This document shows, in pieces, positions 31,894-47,388 of a stretch of 64,000 nt of DNA. How positions within the stretch are numbered: position 1 is the stretch's first letter; each line of letters opens with the position of its first letter. This stretch comes from Candidatus Multivorans sp. (GTDB taxonomy: Bacteria; Acidobacteriota; Thermoanaerobaculia; Multivoradales; Multivoraceae), in the NCBI GenBank assembly GCA_965224025.1, contig OZ245033.1, forward strand, positions 160,001-224,000. Direction: 5' to 3'. The notes below the pieces were generated by a model. The model made no database searches, was not told the origin of the DNA, and saw only the letters and a program-made list of their open reading frames with translations. The position numbers and the translations under genes were made by a program.

Positions 31894-33651
31894 ATGGTCG
31901 AGTTGCTGCTCTCGCCGCCCCTGCTCCTGATGGTCGGCAGCCTCGCGCTCGCCGCGGCGCCGCGTTCCGTCCTGCCCCGGAGCGTGCTGCGCGCGCTGCT
32001 CCTGGCCCTGCCGGTCTATTCGTTGTGGAGGTTCTGGGGCCTCGATCTCGGCAACTACATCCAGTTCGACCTCTTCGGGCAGACCCTCACACTGATGCGG
32101 ATCGACCGCCTGAGCCGGATCTTCGCCGTCATCTTCCACCTCGCGGCGCTGATCGGCAGCATCTACTCCTTCTACGTCAGGGACAACTTCCAGCCGCTCG
32201 TGGGCGTGTTCTACGCCGGTTCCGCCCTTGGCGTCGTCCTGGCCGGCGATCTATGGACGCTGTTCCTGTTCTGGGAGGTCGCGGCGGTGTCGTCGGCGCT
32301 CCTGGTCTGGGTTCGCCGGGACGGCCGGGCTCTCGCCGCCGGTCTGCGCTATCTCGGCATGCAGATGGTGTCGGGGGTGCTGCTGCTGGCGGGCATCGTC
32401 CTGCTGCGCCACGAGCTCGGCGCCGCGCCAGGCTGGGCCGAGTTCCGCAATCTCACCGGCCTACTCGAGGACGGCGGACTCGGCTTCTCGAACCTGGCGC
32501 CGACACTGATCCTACTCGCCTTCGGCCTCAAGGCGGCCTTCCCGTTTCTCCACAGTTGGCTGATCGACGCCTACCCCGAGTCGACGCCGGCGGGGGCCGT
32601 GTTTCTGTCGGCCTTCACGACCAAGTTCGCGATCTACGCCCTGGCGCGCGCCTTTCCCGGCCAGTCCGAGCTGATCTGGATCGGCGGGCTGATGACCGCC
32701 TTCCCGATCTTCTTCGCGGTGATCGAGAACGACCTGCGCCGCGTGCTCGCCTACAGCATGACGAACCAGCTCGGCTTCATGGTCGTCGGCATCGGTATCG
32801 GCACCGAGCTGGCAGTCAACGGCGCCGTCGCCCACGCGTTCGCCGACATCCTGTTCAAGGGCCTCCTGTTCATGGCGATGGGCGCCGTGCTCTACCGGGT
32901 CGGCCACGTCAACGGATCGGACCTGGGCGGCCTCTACAAGTCGATGCCGATCACGACCGGGCTCTGCATCATCGGCGCCGCCTCGATCTCGGCCTTCCCG
33001 CTGTTCTCGGCCTTCGCCACAAAGTCGTTGATCATGAGCGCGGCCGCCCACGAGCACTACTTCTGGCTGTGGCTCGTCCTGCTGTTCGCCTCCGCCGGCG
33101 TCTTCCACCACGCGGGGATCAAGATCCCGTTCTTCGCCTTCTTCCACCACGATTCCGGCATCCGCTGCAAAGAGGCGCCGCGGTCGATGCTCGTCGCGAT
33201 GGTGCTGGCCGCCGCAGCGAGCATGACGATCGGGCTGTTCCCGAATCTGCTCTACGGGCTTCTGCCCTACGCAGTCGACTACGTGCCGTACACGAGCACC
33301 CACGTCATCACCCAGAGCCAGCTCCTGTTCTTCTCGGCCCTCGCCTTCGCCACCCTGATGCGCACCGGCCTCTACCCACCCGAACTGCGCTCGGTGAACC
33401 TGGACGCCGACTGGTTCTACCGGCGTGTCGGGTATCGCCTCTGGGAGAACGCGGCCACGGCGTTCGCCGCGCTGCACCGGACCGGCTACGCCGCAACCGG
33501 GCGCCTCGCCGCGACCGCGCTGGCCCTCGCCCAGCGTCATCTGGGCCCGCAGGGCCTGCTCGGCCGCTCGTGGCTGACCGCGTCGATGGCCCTCTGGGTC
33601 GCCGTGCTGCTCGCCGCGTATCTCGTCGTCTTCTACTGGCGTCTGGGGTAG
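31894..33651 (+). CDS. Na+/H+ antiporter subunit D-like proton-conducting membrane subunit
   Basis: LFWE, KAAFPFLHSWLIDAYPE, SAFTTK, NDLRRVLAYS, HAF..ILFKGLLF, LGGL. Confidence 0.88.
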   Translation: MVELLLSPPLLLMVGSLALAAAPRSVLPRSVLRALLLALPVYSLWRFWGLDLGNYIQFDLFGQTLTLMRIDRLSRIFAVIFHLAALIGSIYSFYVRDNFQPLVGVFYAGSALGVVLAGDLWTLFLFWEVAAVSSALLVWVRRDGRALAAGLRYLGMQMVSGVLLLAGIVLLRHELGAAPGWAEFRNLTGLLEDGGLGFSNLAPTLILLAFGLKAAFPFLHSWLIDAYPESTPAGAVFLSAFTTKFAIYALARAFPGQSELIWIGGLMTAFPIFFAVIENDLRRVLAYSMTNQLGFMVVGIGIGTELAVNGAVAHAFADILFKGLLFMAMGAVLYRVGHVNGSDLGGLYKSMPITTGLCIIGAASISAFPLFSAFATKSLIMSAAAHEHYFWLWLVLLFASAGVFHHAGIKIPFFAFFHHDSGIRCKEAPRSMLVAMVLAAAASMTIGLFPNLLYGLLPYAVDYVPYTSTHVITQSQLLFFSALAFATLMRTGLYPPELRSVNLDADWFYRRVGYRLWENAATAFAALHRTGYAATGRLAATALALAQRHLGPQGLLGRSWLTASMALWVAVLLAAYLVVFYWRLG

Positions 33652-33784
33652 CGGCGCTACACCTCTCGCTCGCGGCTGGCTGAGCCCATTTGGCGGTGCC
33701 TCACGCGCCGACCACCAACGGCTGTTCCGGCCCGCGAGGAGCCCCGATGAAGAAGGGCGGAACGATGCTAGCCTCGCGCGCAGC

Positions 33785-34801
33785 ATGAGAACGGCGTTTG
33801 ATGTCTTCAGCGGCTGCGGCGGCCTGACACTCGGCCTAAGGCAGGCTGGTTTCCGTGTCTTAGGTGCCGTCGATCTGGATCGTCTGGCCGTCGCCGCGTA
33901 CAGGTCCAACCACCAAGGGGTCGTGACTTGGCGGCGAGACGTCAGGGACCTCGATGGGCGGACCATCCGGGAGCGTCTAGCCTTCACGAAGGGGCAACTC
34001 GATCTTCTGGCGGGCTGCCCCCCGTGTCAGGGCTTTTCGACTCTGAGAACTTTGAACGGCGCGCGGGAAGTGGGCGACAAGCGGAACGACCTCGTCTTCG
34101 AGTTGCTCCGCCTAGTGAGGGACCTAGAGCCCAAAGCCATCATGCTCGAGAACGTGCCCGGGCTTGGTACTGACGGCAGGATGGCCCGGCTCAGCGACCA
34201 ACTTACCGGCTTGGGCTACATGCACGCCTGGCGCGTCCTCAACGCTGCCGACTACGGCGTGCCGCAGAATCGCCGCCGCCTCATCCTCCTCGGCTCAAGG
34301 CTGGGTCCCATCGACTTCGCGGAGCCGCTAGCCGGGCGCGCCACGGTCCGATCAGCAATCGGGAAGCTAACGCCACCCGGCCAAAGCGGCGATGCTCTCC
34401 ATGACCTCCCCGAGCAACGCTCGCCCAGAGTACGCGCGCTGATCCGGAAGATCCCGAAGGACGGGGGCGGGAGGCTGGATCTTGAGGCATCTGATCAACT
34501 TCCCTGCCACCAAGGCTTCACCGGATTCAAGGACGTCTACGGGCGAATGGCCTGGGACCTACCCGCTCCCACCATCACGAGCGGCTGCCACAACCCGTCC
34601 AAAGGGCGCTTCCTCCATCCAGCCGAGAACAGGGCCATCACGCTGCGAGAAGCTGCCCTCCTTCAGGGGTTTCCAGCCTCCTACTGTTTCCCCCCTGGCG
34701 GAGGGAAACTGGCTCTTGCCGCCCTGATCGGAAACGCTTTGCCACCGGCCTTCGTGTGCAGCCACGCTCTCAAGGTGGCGAAGCGCCTCACGCAACAGTA
34801 G
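33785..34801 (+). CDS. dcm: DNA (cytosine-5) methyltransferase
   Basis: FSGCGG, GCPPCQGFS, ENVPG, YGVPQNRRR, LREAALLQGFP, IGNALPP. Confidence 0.93.
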   Translation: MRTAFDVFSGCGGLTLGLRQAGFRVLGAVDLDRLAVAAYRSNHQGVVTWRRDVRDLDGRTIRERLAFTKGQLDLLAGCPPCQGFSTLRTLNGAREVGDKRNDLVFELLRLVRDLEPKAIMLENVPGLGTDGRMARLSDQLTGLGYMHAWRVLNAADYGVPQNRRRLILLGSRLGPIDFAEPLAGRATVRSAIGKLTPPGQSGDALHDLPEQRSPRVRALIRKIPKDGGGRLDLEASDQLPCHQGFTGFKDVYGRMAWDLPAPTITSGCHNPSKGRFLHPAENRAITLREAALLQGFPASYCFPPGGGKLALAALIGNALPPAFVCSHALKVAKRLTQQ

Positions 34802-34821
34802 AGGGGAGAAACTCGCTGGCA

Positions 34822-36849
34822 GTGTCGACGCCTACCAGTAAGAAGGCCCGCCAATTCTCTCTGAGGGTCCTCGGACGAACTCTTGAGCACCTCGGCGTTC
34901 AGACCTACAAACGCAGGGATACGGCCATAGCGGAGTTGGTCGCGAACTGTTGGGATGCGGGTGCCGAGAACGTCAGCATCACGGTCCCCGACGAGAGCTC
35001 TTACGACCCCGGGACGAGCCGAATCACCATCCGGGACGACGGCTGTGGAATGGCCGAAGACGAGGTCCAGGACGCCTACTTGGTCATCGGCAGAGACCGT
35101 CGCAAGTCGGGCTCTACCGCCATCGAGTCCCGCAAGGTCATGGGGCGCAAGGGCATAGGCAAACTGGCTGGTTTCGGCATCGCGTCACGCATGGTGGTAC
35201 GAACTTGGCGCAACGGAGCGCTCACCGAGTTCACTCTCAACGTGGACGACCTGAAGAAGCCTGACAACGAAGTCGGCAACGTGGCAATCGACGCCAGTGT
35301 AGGCAGCCCCCCTGCTGACTTTGGTGAGCATGGCACGGAGCTTGAGCTGAAGACCCTCAAGCACCTCACCCCACTCGACATCGACGGCCTCCGGGAGGCG
35401 TTGGCAAGACGCTTCAGTCGAACCGCGCGAGGCGAGATGACAATCCTCGTCAATGACCTTCGGATTCAGGAGCCGGCGCTGGAGATGACCGACCGGTTCC
35501 CCGGCGAAGCAGACTCCTACCTCGAAGACGAGATAGAGCTGGCAGATGGACGAAACGGGCACGTTCGGTACTACTACGGCTTTGCGAAGAAGCCGATTCG
35601 TTCCCGGGAGCTACGCGGATTCACGATCTATGTGCATGAGAAGACCGCACAGGCTCCGCCGTTCTTCTTCGACGTCGAAGCCACGGCCACGGGCCAGCAT
35701 GGCACCAAGTACGTCACCGGTGCTATTGAAGTCGACTTTCTTGACGACGGTCCGGCGGATCTGATTTCGACCGACCGGCAAGAGATCGACTGGGAGGCCG
35801 ACGAAGTACAGCCGTTCAAGAGGTGGGGAGACGACTTGAGTCGGCGAGTACTCCGAGAGTGGAGGGACCGCAAGGAGGAACGCGCCGAAGCTTGGATTCT
35901 CGAAGAAACCGACATCCGTAGCCGCATCGAGGCTCTGGACCCCCCTTCTCAGAAGCAGGTCAAGCGGTTCCTGCGAACACTCGGCCGTGTAGAAGGGGAC
36001 AGCGAGGAGAACGTGCGGTCGCTCGCCGATTCGCTAGTGCAAGCGTACGAGTTCCGCCACTTCTATGACGTGGTTCAGGAGATCGAGGCAACTGAGGACG
36101 ATCCGGACTCACTCCGAGTGCTCTTGGAACACTTGAGAGACTGGCAAGTTCTCGAGAGCCGCGCGATCCTCGAGGTCGTTCACGGACGTCTGCAGATCGT
36201 AGACAAGTTCCACAACATGATCGCGAACAATGTTCCAGAGACCGCGCCCCGGGTGGGCACCGACAACCTCCATGATCTCTTGGCTGGCTATCCGTGGTTG
36301 CTCAGTCCAGAGTGGCAGGTCCTGGCTGAGGAGAGGACGATCTCAAGACAGCTCATGGAGTGGATGTACGAAGACGTAGCGGAACAGGATCGCCGGCGTC
36401 GTTACGACTTCATGGCGCTTGGCGATGAGCGGCGACTGGTCGTCGTTGAGATTAAGAGGTCCGGCCACCCGGTCGAACACGAGGAGTTGCAGCGGCTAGA
36501 AGACTACAAGGAGCGACTGAGCCGGGCCCAAACACGGGACTTGGCCATGGTCATGGTCTGTAGCGGCAACCTGAATCTCTCTGAAAGCGGCAAGGAGAAC
36601 TGGAAGACCAGAAGAGACGGCGAGATCCTGCAGTGGAGCCGCGTCTACGACCGCGCCAAGGCGCACTACGAACACTACCGCGCGATCCTGGAGAAGCACA
36701 TTAGCGACCCTTCCTTTGCCCGCAAGACCGAAGAGGTTCGGCAGACTCGACGCGTCCTGGAGAGCGGGACGTCGTATCGAGGAACTGAAGCTCGAGCTCG
36801 CGGCCTTGGCCCGCAGGACGTTACGCTGGAAGACGACACGAAGGACTGA
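34822..36849 (+). CDS. MORC-like GHKL ATPase fused to a C-terminal PD-(D/E)xK nuclease (putative restriction component)
   Basis: AELVANCWDA, DDGCGM, GRKGIGKLAGF, HGT; C-terminal YPWLL...RYDFMAL...VVVEIKRSG. Confidence 0.82.
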   Translation: MSTPTSKKARQFSLRVLGRTLEHLGVQTYKRRDTAIAELVANCWDAGAENVSITVPDESSYDPGTSRITIRDDGCGMAEDEVQDAYLVIGRDRRKSGSTAIESRKVMGRKGIGKLAGFGIASRMVVRTWRNGALTEFTLNVDDLKKPDNEVGNVAIDASVGSPPADFGEHGTELELKTLKHLTPLDIDGLREALARRFSRTARGEMTILVNDLRIQEPALEMTDRFPGEADSYLEDEIELADGRNGHVRYYYGFAKKPIRSRELRGFTIYVHEKTAQAPPFFFDVEATATGQHGTKYVTGAIEVDFLDDGPADLISTDRQEIDWEADEVQPFKRWGDDLSRRVLREWRDRKEERAEAWILEETDIRSRIEALDPPSQKQVKRFLRTLGRVEGDSEENVRSLADSLVQAYEFRHFYDVVQEIEATEDDPDSLRVLLEHLRDWQVLESRAILEVVHGRLQIVDKFHNMIANNVPETAPRVGTDNLHDLLAGYPWLLSPEWQVLAEERTISRQLMEWMYEDVAEQDRRRRYDFMALGDERRLVVVEIKRSGHPVEHEELQRLEDYKERLSRAQTRDLAMVMVCSGNLNLSESGKENWKTRRDGEILQWSRVYDRAKAHYEHYRAILEKHISDPSFARKTEEVRQTRRVLESGTSYRGTEARARGLGPQDVTLEDDTKD

Positions 36850-36908
36850 CAGACGGCCATCTTGGCAAAGACGGCCAAGCGGGTCTACGCGGAGGCACGG
36901 GCACACCT

Positions 36909-37322
36909 GTGGATCACTTGACAGCAGTAGAGCGATCAGCCTTGATGGGCCGCGTCCGTGGAAAGAACACGTCTCCGGAGAGGGTCGTTCGTCGCCTCGC
37001 CCATGCCATGGGAGGTAGGTTCCGCCTGCACAGGCGCGATCTTCCTGGGTGTCCTGATCTTGTCTTCCCCTCCAGGCGCAAGGTCGTACTCGTCCACGGC
37101 TGCTACTGGCACCGGCACACCTGTCGTCGCGGCCGCAGCACTCCTCGAACGAACTCGGCTTTCTGGCTGGCGAAGTTCGCGGCCAACGTCAAGAGGGACC
37201 GCCTGAACAAGAGGGCACTGCGTCGACTCGGCTGGGAGATTCTGGTCGTTTGGGAGTGTGAGACGCGCCCTGTGGCCCGGGATGGTCTCGCTACGAAGCT
37301 ACGTAGTTTCCTGGAGGCGTAG
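36909..37322 (+). CDS. vsr: Very-short-patch repair endonuclease
   Basis: RS.LM..VRGKNTSPE, LPGCPDLVF, VHGCYWHRH, FW..KF..NV.RD, VVWECE. Confidence 0.93.
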   Translation: MDHLTAVERSALMGRVRGKNTSPERVVRRLAHAMGGRFRLHRRDLPGCPDLVFPSRRKVVLVHGCYWHRHTCRRGRSTPRTNSAFWLAKFAANVKRDRLNKRALRRLGWEILVVWECETRPVARDGLATKLRSFLEA

Positions 37323-37501
37323 ACGGTTGGACGCCAGTCGTCCAATCTCGTGAGGGAGTGCTTTCGCACTGGGGCTTGTTGCCCCGGCTACCCACGCGGA
37401 AACGGCGGGAGCGTAGCTACGGAGGTGGCCGTGCGAACCCTCAAATCCGGTGTGCGGGTCGAACGCCGCACAGGACCGCCTCCAGATCAACCGGCGTTCT
37501 T

Positions 37502-37791
37502 CTACGTGTCCTGTGAGGGCTGCGACATCTTGATTCCGTGACGCTTTTCCCAGAGTTCCCGATAACGTCTGCACCCTGCGTCTGTCAGATGGAGGTCGTG
37601 GTACCTGTAGTACTGGCAGTCTTGAGTGGGTCCCTGAACGATACCCGGTCTGATCAAGCCCGTTCGTCCATCTTTCCAATCTTGGCGTGGAGCACGGCAT
37701 CGTCGGCGTCGTTCAGCGTGGAGGGCCGGTCTCCTTCCGTGCCGCCTCCCTCTGCCCATGCCAGGATTTCGTACTCAAGGTCTAGCTTCAT
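37502..37791 (-). pseudogene. Small winged-helix-like protein (DUF2513-like), -1 frameshift near 37660
   Basis: Adding one G gives 96 aa: MKLDLEYEILAW...DDAVLHAKIGKMDERGLI...LHLTDAGCRRYREL. Confidence 0.4.
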
Positions 37792-38031
37792 AGCGAACTC
37801 CGCGGTAATCCTGCCTGAAGTTGCTTCGGATCGCCCGTTTCCCCATTCGAGCTGCCCTCGGCATGAGCCGACGATGGCCGGCATAGTAGTCGACCACCGT
37901 GCGAGGCACGAGGCGAGGGCGGGTCTCGGCATCTCACCTGCTTCGAGAACCGGATGCCCCAGGGGATGCGAGATGCCGCCGCCAACTACGTCCGTCGATG
38001 CCCTTGTCGCCCCTCACACTCCGCTCGATGT

Positions 38032-41000
38032 CTACGTCACCGGATTGTCGAGGAAACTGCCTTGTCCTTCGTTTGAGCGCCTTGGGCGTACGGTGACGGA
38101 CCCGTCGAACGCACCATTGGCGCGGAGATCGTCGGCGCTCAGAAGGGGGCCGTCGCAGATTCGGCGGAGGAGATCGGCCTGGCGAGGTTCGAGCGCGACC
38201 AGACGACCGAGCACATGCAGCACGTGCATCAGCTCCGTGGTGTACTCGGCGAGCCAGCCGCCGGGCTGGATCGACGCGAGCGGGGACGGCGGGCGTCGAT
38301 GGGCCGGGAGCGGTCACGACGGCGATAGCTGAACCACTGGACGAGCACCTGCTTGCCCGAGACTTCGTACTCCCACACCGCTGGAGGCACGTTGTCGATG
38401 AAGCCGTCGCCGACCTTCAAACGGCGGAGCGCGTCAAAGTAGTCGATACTGCCAGGGAAGTGGTCCGGGCGGGTCGAGATAGAGCCCGCCGTCGGGATGA
38501 TGGGCCGCTCGCCCTGCGGCATGCGCGGCGGGCCGCCGGGGTGTCCCGCCCCGGGATCCGCGAAGCGCTCCCCGAAGCAGTGGAGCCAGATGACCTCTCG
38601 CCCGATCTCGAACGCCTCGGCGAACAACGAGGCGTCGGCGGTCATTGGGAAGCGAAGTCCCGGCTGCAGTAGATCGGGCCGGAAACGCTCGGTGTAGGCG
38701 GGGTGCGCCGCGACCGCCGCGAAGTAGGCCATGAGGTCAGTGGCGCCGACGGCAATCCCCAGGACTTCGGTCAACTCGCGGAGTAGCTCAGCCTTGAGGT
38801 TCGGCGTCCGGTGCTCGCGGTCGGCCCAGAGTGGGAACACGCGACCGCCTCGGCCGTTGTAATGGTGCAGATCCGGTATCGTCGCAGAGAAGGTGACGGC
38901 CGGACCTGCCGAAGGCGGGTGTGCTTGCACCGCCGTCATGTACACCTGCCGGCTCGAATGGGTCTCCCAAAGGGTCGGATTCGGCTGATTGATGAGCCGC
39001 CCATCGGGGATGATCCACTGTCGATCGAAGGAGCGGTAGCCGTAGCGGACAGGCCGGATGACGGCTCCGGCGTCGGACACGACGGGTCCGGGGCGAAACT
39101 CATGGCCATGTAGCCCGTCTCGTAGCGATTTGTGGACGTGCTTGTCGCCCGGCTTGCCATTCCGAATATGCGGATGGAACAGAGTCTCCTTCTTCCCGGC
39201 ATCGGATTCTGATTGCAGCACCTGCCAGCGTCGTTCCAGCGAGACGGGGTCCGGCGCGATTACCCAAGTCCGTCCCGGCATCACGCCGGAGCCGTCGTAG
39301 TCGAACAGGTCTTCCAGGGCCGCGAACTCACGCCACGCCCCGGCCGATCGGGGGAGGAACGAGGCGCGAGGATCCGACGGCGATTCGGTCCACCCGTCGT
39401 CGTCCAGCGCAATCCGACCAAGCGCCGCGAACTTTTCGGTTCGGTGTCCAGGCGGCAGAGCGCGATAGCGGACTCGCGCTGGCCCGGGCGCGCCCGCTTC
39501 GGTGCTGCGAAGCGCCATGACGATGCACACGGGCTGCTGCACGTCCTGGAAGATGCGCGTCCGCACTTCCGGTTGATGCCCCTCCGGCGAGCAGTCGATG
39601 ACCCAAATCTCGTCCGCGTCCCGGCGGAGCTCCGCCCGCATCTTCTGAAAGCCGGGTCCGTTCAGAAAGCCTGCCACCGTGATGAAGCACACGATGCCAC
39701 GGCGGTCGGCCAGCCGGGTGCCTTCGGTCCGTGACCGGTCGTCGTCTCGGCTGCGGTTCTGCCCATGGCCCTCGCTGCCCGGCCTGCCACCATCCCCAAA
39801 GACTTTCCACGCCGCCCAGCGCCAGAAGTAGACGTAGAGATTGCGCAGATGCTTCGTATGGGCGCCGACATCCCAGTCCGCCGGCGGCATCCACTGGCGG
39901 AGCGGAGCGCCGACTTCATTGCCTGGCGATCCGCTCTCGACCCAGCCGCCGAGGCCCTTCGCCTTCTCCCCGTAGGGCGGGTTGCCGATGACGACGGTGA
40001 TCTTCTCCTCCCGTTTGATGGCGTTGGCGCGCCGGCGGGACTCGCCGAGAGGCATGAGGATGTTCGGAAGGTACTCCTCCTCGGCGTAAGGGTTGCCGAG
40101 CGTGTCGGTCACGAACAACCGCGTCGCGGGCACCGCGTCCGGGTCGCCGAGGAGCAATCGCAACTCCGCGAGGAGACGTAGCTGCGCCACCGCGAAGGGG
40201 CCGAACTGCATCTCGAATCCGATGAGGCGGGACACGGCCTGCTCGACTACCGCAGGCGGCCCCCCGGGCCCCTGATCGGCCGCGGTCGTCTGCGCGATGC
40301 GTCGGAGAACCCCCAGCAGAAAGGTGCCGGTCCCGGTCGCCGGATCGGCGATGGTCACTTCCTGCGAGGCGAGACCACCCGGCAGCGCGAATCGTTGCCC
40401 GGAACTTAGCGCCTCGTCGACCAGCCGCACCATGGCGTAGACCACTTCCGGCGGCGTGTAGTACGAGCCCGTCTTCTTGCGAAGCTCGTTGTCGTACACG
40501 CTCAGGAAGTCCTCGTAGAAGTACAACCAGGCTTCCGGTTTGCCCTTGCTGACGGCGAGCCAGTGAACCGCGTTGAGCACTCGCGTCAGGGTGGCGAGCG
40601 AGGTCTTGAGCGCCATCTCATTGTCGGCGTCGTCAGTGAGGATGCGGAGCGCGGTACCGATGAGTGTGTTGGTGTCGCGCAGCTCGCCGGCCGCTCGATC
40701 TAGACCGTCGGCGAGCCGGATGTCGCGCGCCCGAGCCATCAAGAGCCCGAAGGTGACCGCTTGGGCGTATCCGTCCGCGAAGGCTTCGTCCGTTGCCCTC
40801 GGAAACAGGAGTTTGCGCCAGTCCGCCGCGAGGTTCGTGAGCGAGGGCGAGCCCCGGCCCAACTGCTCGGTCACCTCTTCACGCAGCAGCCGGCAGAGGC
40901 GAGCCGTCGTGTCGGCGAGCTCCTTGGCCGAACGGGGCGGCAGCGGCTCCCACTGGAAGAAGTCGGCGAAGACGGACAAGAGGTCATCGGAGGCGGACAG

Positions 41001-41441
41001 CCTTGCACCGGAGGTCTCTACATCACCCTCCAACTGAACGACCTGTTCCACCAACTCGCCATTTCGCCAGAGGCTGAATCCGTTGCCATCCGTATAGATG
41101 AGATTCGGGAGGGTCTGGAGCTTTGCCCACTGCTCCTGGTCGTGCGGATCGCGAAAGCGACGGGGGTCGGCGCCTTTCCCGGGCGCCTTGACCTCGATGA
41201 AGCCGATCAGGGCGTCCCTGCGGGTGACGGCGTAGTCGGGCCGCGTCTTGATGTCGGCAAGCGACGTCTCGCCAACCATGACCACCGTGCCGGGACGCAG
41301 CCCCAGCAACTCGGCCAAGTTCCCGACGAGGGTCTCCAGCGGGGCGCGCAACTGATCCTCCGGCGCACCGCTCGCGACGGGGTTCGAGAGCTTGGCTTTG
41401 GCTTCACGTCCGAATGCGGACATGGCTCGCTGAAGTGACAT
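38032..41441 (-). pseudogene. Type IIG/ISP-like single-chain restriction-modification enzyme, frameshifted near 38300
   Basis: N-terminal RPDYAV..GFIEVKAPG nuclease; GSYYTPPEVV, DPATGTGTF, IGNPPY MTase; YRSFDRQW and VWEYEVSGKQVL.QWFSYRR; the C-terminal tail (..YTTELMHVLHVLGRLVALEPRQADLL..) is in another frame ending at 38032. Confidence 0.82.
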
Positions 41442-41681
41442 GCGCAGCGTACTTCCGGTGAAAGCACTATCGTCGCACAGTCAAGCACGAGCCTCCCGGC
41501 CCAAACTCACACTACACCGCAGCCGCATGGAGAACCTGCACGGAGACCCGAGGGCGCACGGAGTCGCATCGGTTCTCTGCCCTAGTGGAAGCCGTGGTCT
41601 GGACGCCCCGTCAACATCAGCTTCTCTAATGCTCCACGGTTGCTCCATGAGACGGGCCTAATGTAAGATTCCGCCCTTACG

Positions 41682-42598
41682 ATGCAAGGGCTCAGGATCT
41701 TCTGCGATGTCGCCGATCTGCGCAGCTTCAGCCGTGCGGCCGAGCTTCACGGCATCACCCAGTCGGCGGTCAGTCAGCGCATCCATCACCTCGAAGAACG
41801 GCTCGGCACGAAGCTGCTCGACCGCTCGAAGCGCCCGTTCGTGCTCACGCCGGCCGGCGACCTCGTGGCCCGCGAAGGGCACGAGCTGGTGGCCCGCTAC
41901 GACGCGCTGGCGCGCAGCGTCGCGCGACTCGACCCCGAGCGGGGCGGATCCGTCCGCGTCCACGCGATCTACTCCGCGGGAATCGCGCTGCTGAACCAGT
42001 TGCGGAGGGAGTTCCAGCGCCGGCGGCCCGAGCTGGACATCCAGATCGAGTACGAACCGCCCTCCGCGGTCGCCGAATCCGCGCGGACCGGCCGCTGCGA
42101 CTTCGGCATCGTCTCCTACCCGGAACAGTGGCCCGGTCTGCAATCGCGGCCGTTGCGCGAGGAGCCGATGTGCCTCGCCTGCGGAGTGCACCACGAACTG
42201 GCGAGCGAAGAGCGGGTCCTGGCAGCCGACCTCGACGGCCGGGAGTTGATCCACTTCACGCACGAACTCCCAGCGGCGCGTCACATCCGGAGTTACCTGG
42301 TCGAGCACGGGGCCGACGCAGTGTTCGCCCAGCGCCTCGACAACATCGACACCTTCAAGAGCATGCTCCAGGCGACCGACTACGCGGCGATCCTGCCGCT
42401 GCGGACCTTCCTCGCCGAAGTCCGCGCCGGGCTGCTCGCCGCCGTGCCTCTCGAACCGTCGCTCGAGCGGCCGATGGGCATCGTCTACGCGCGCCGCAGA
42501 CTGCGGCCGGCGGCACAGGACTTCGCCGCGTTCCTGGTCGAGAACGCCGGGCCGCTGACCGCCGACGGCGAGCTGAGGGCGCAGCGCGGAGAAGCCGC

Positions 42599-42602
<4 letters not shown>
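41682..42602 (+). CDS. LysR-family transcriptional regulator
   Basis: SFSRAAELHGITQSAVSQRIHHLEERLGTKLLDR HTH; stop overlaps the gltB start. Confidence 0.93.
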
Positions 42603-47230
<4,628 letters not shown>

Positions 47231-47311
47231 GGCCGCGGCCTGAGGCCGCCGGCGGCATACCATTCGCAGCATCGCAAGCCAGGCGCGGCAGAACCATGCA
47301 GACTCCGATCC

Positions 47312-47338
47312 TGGGAACGCGGGCATCCTGCCCGCATC
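47312..47338 (-). repeat. REP-like palindromic repeat, copy 2 (gltB-gltD spacer)
   Basis: Reverse complement GATGCGGGCAGGATGCCCGCGTTCCCA. Confidence 0.75.
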
Positions 47339-47388
47339 CGGCGCGCGGCGCCGGCCTGTCCGGCGCCTAGGAGGGCACGCGGCAACCC

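Noticed and set aside
42128-42598. Apparent 157-aa N-terminal extension of GltB in the ORF track
   Set aside because: It overlaps the LysR gene; the real start is ATG 42599, shortly before the catalytic Cys motif.
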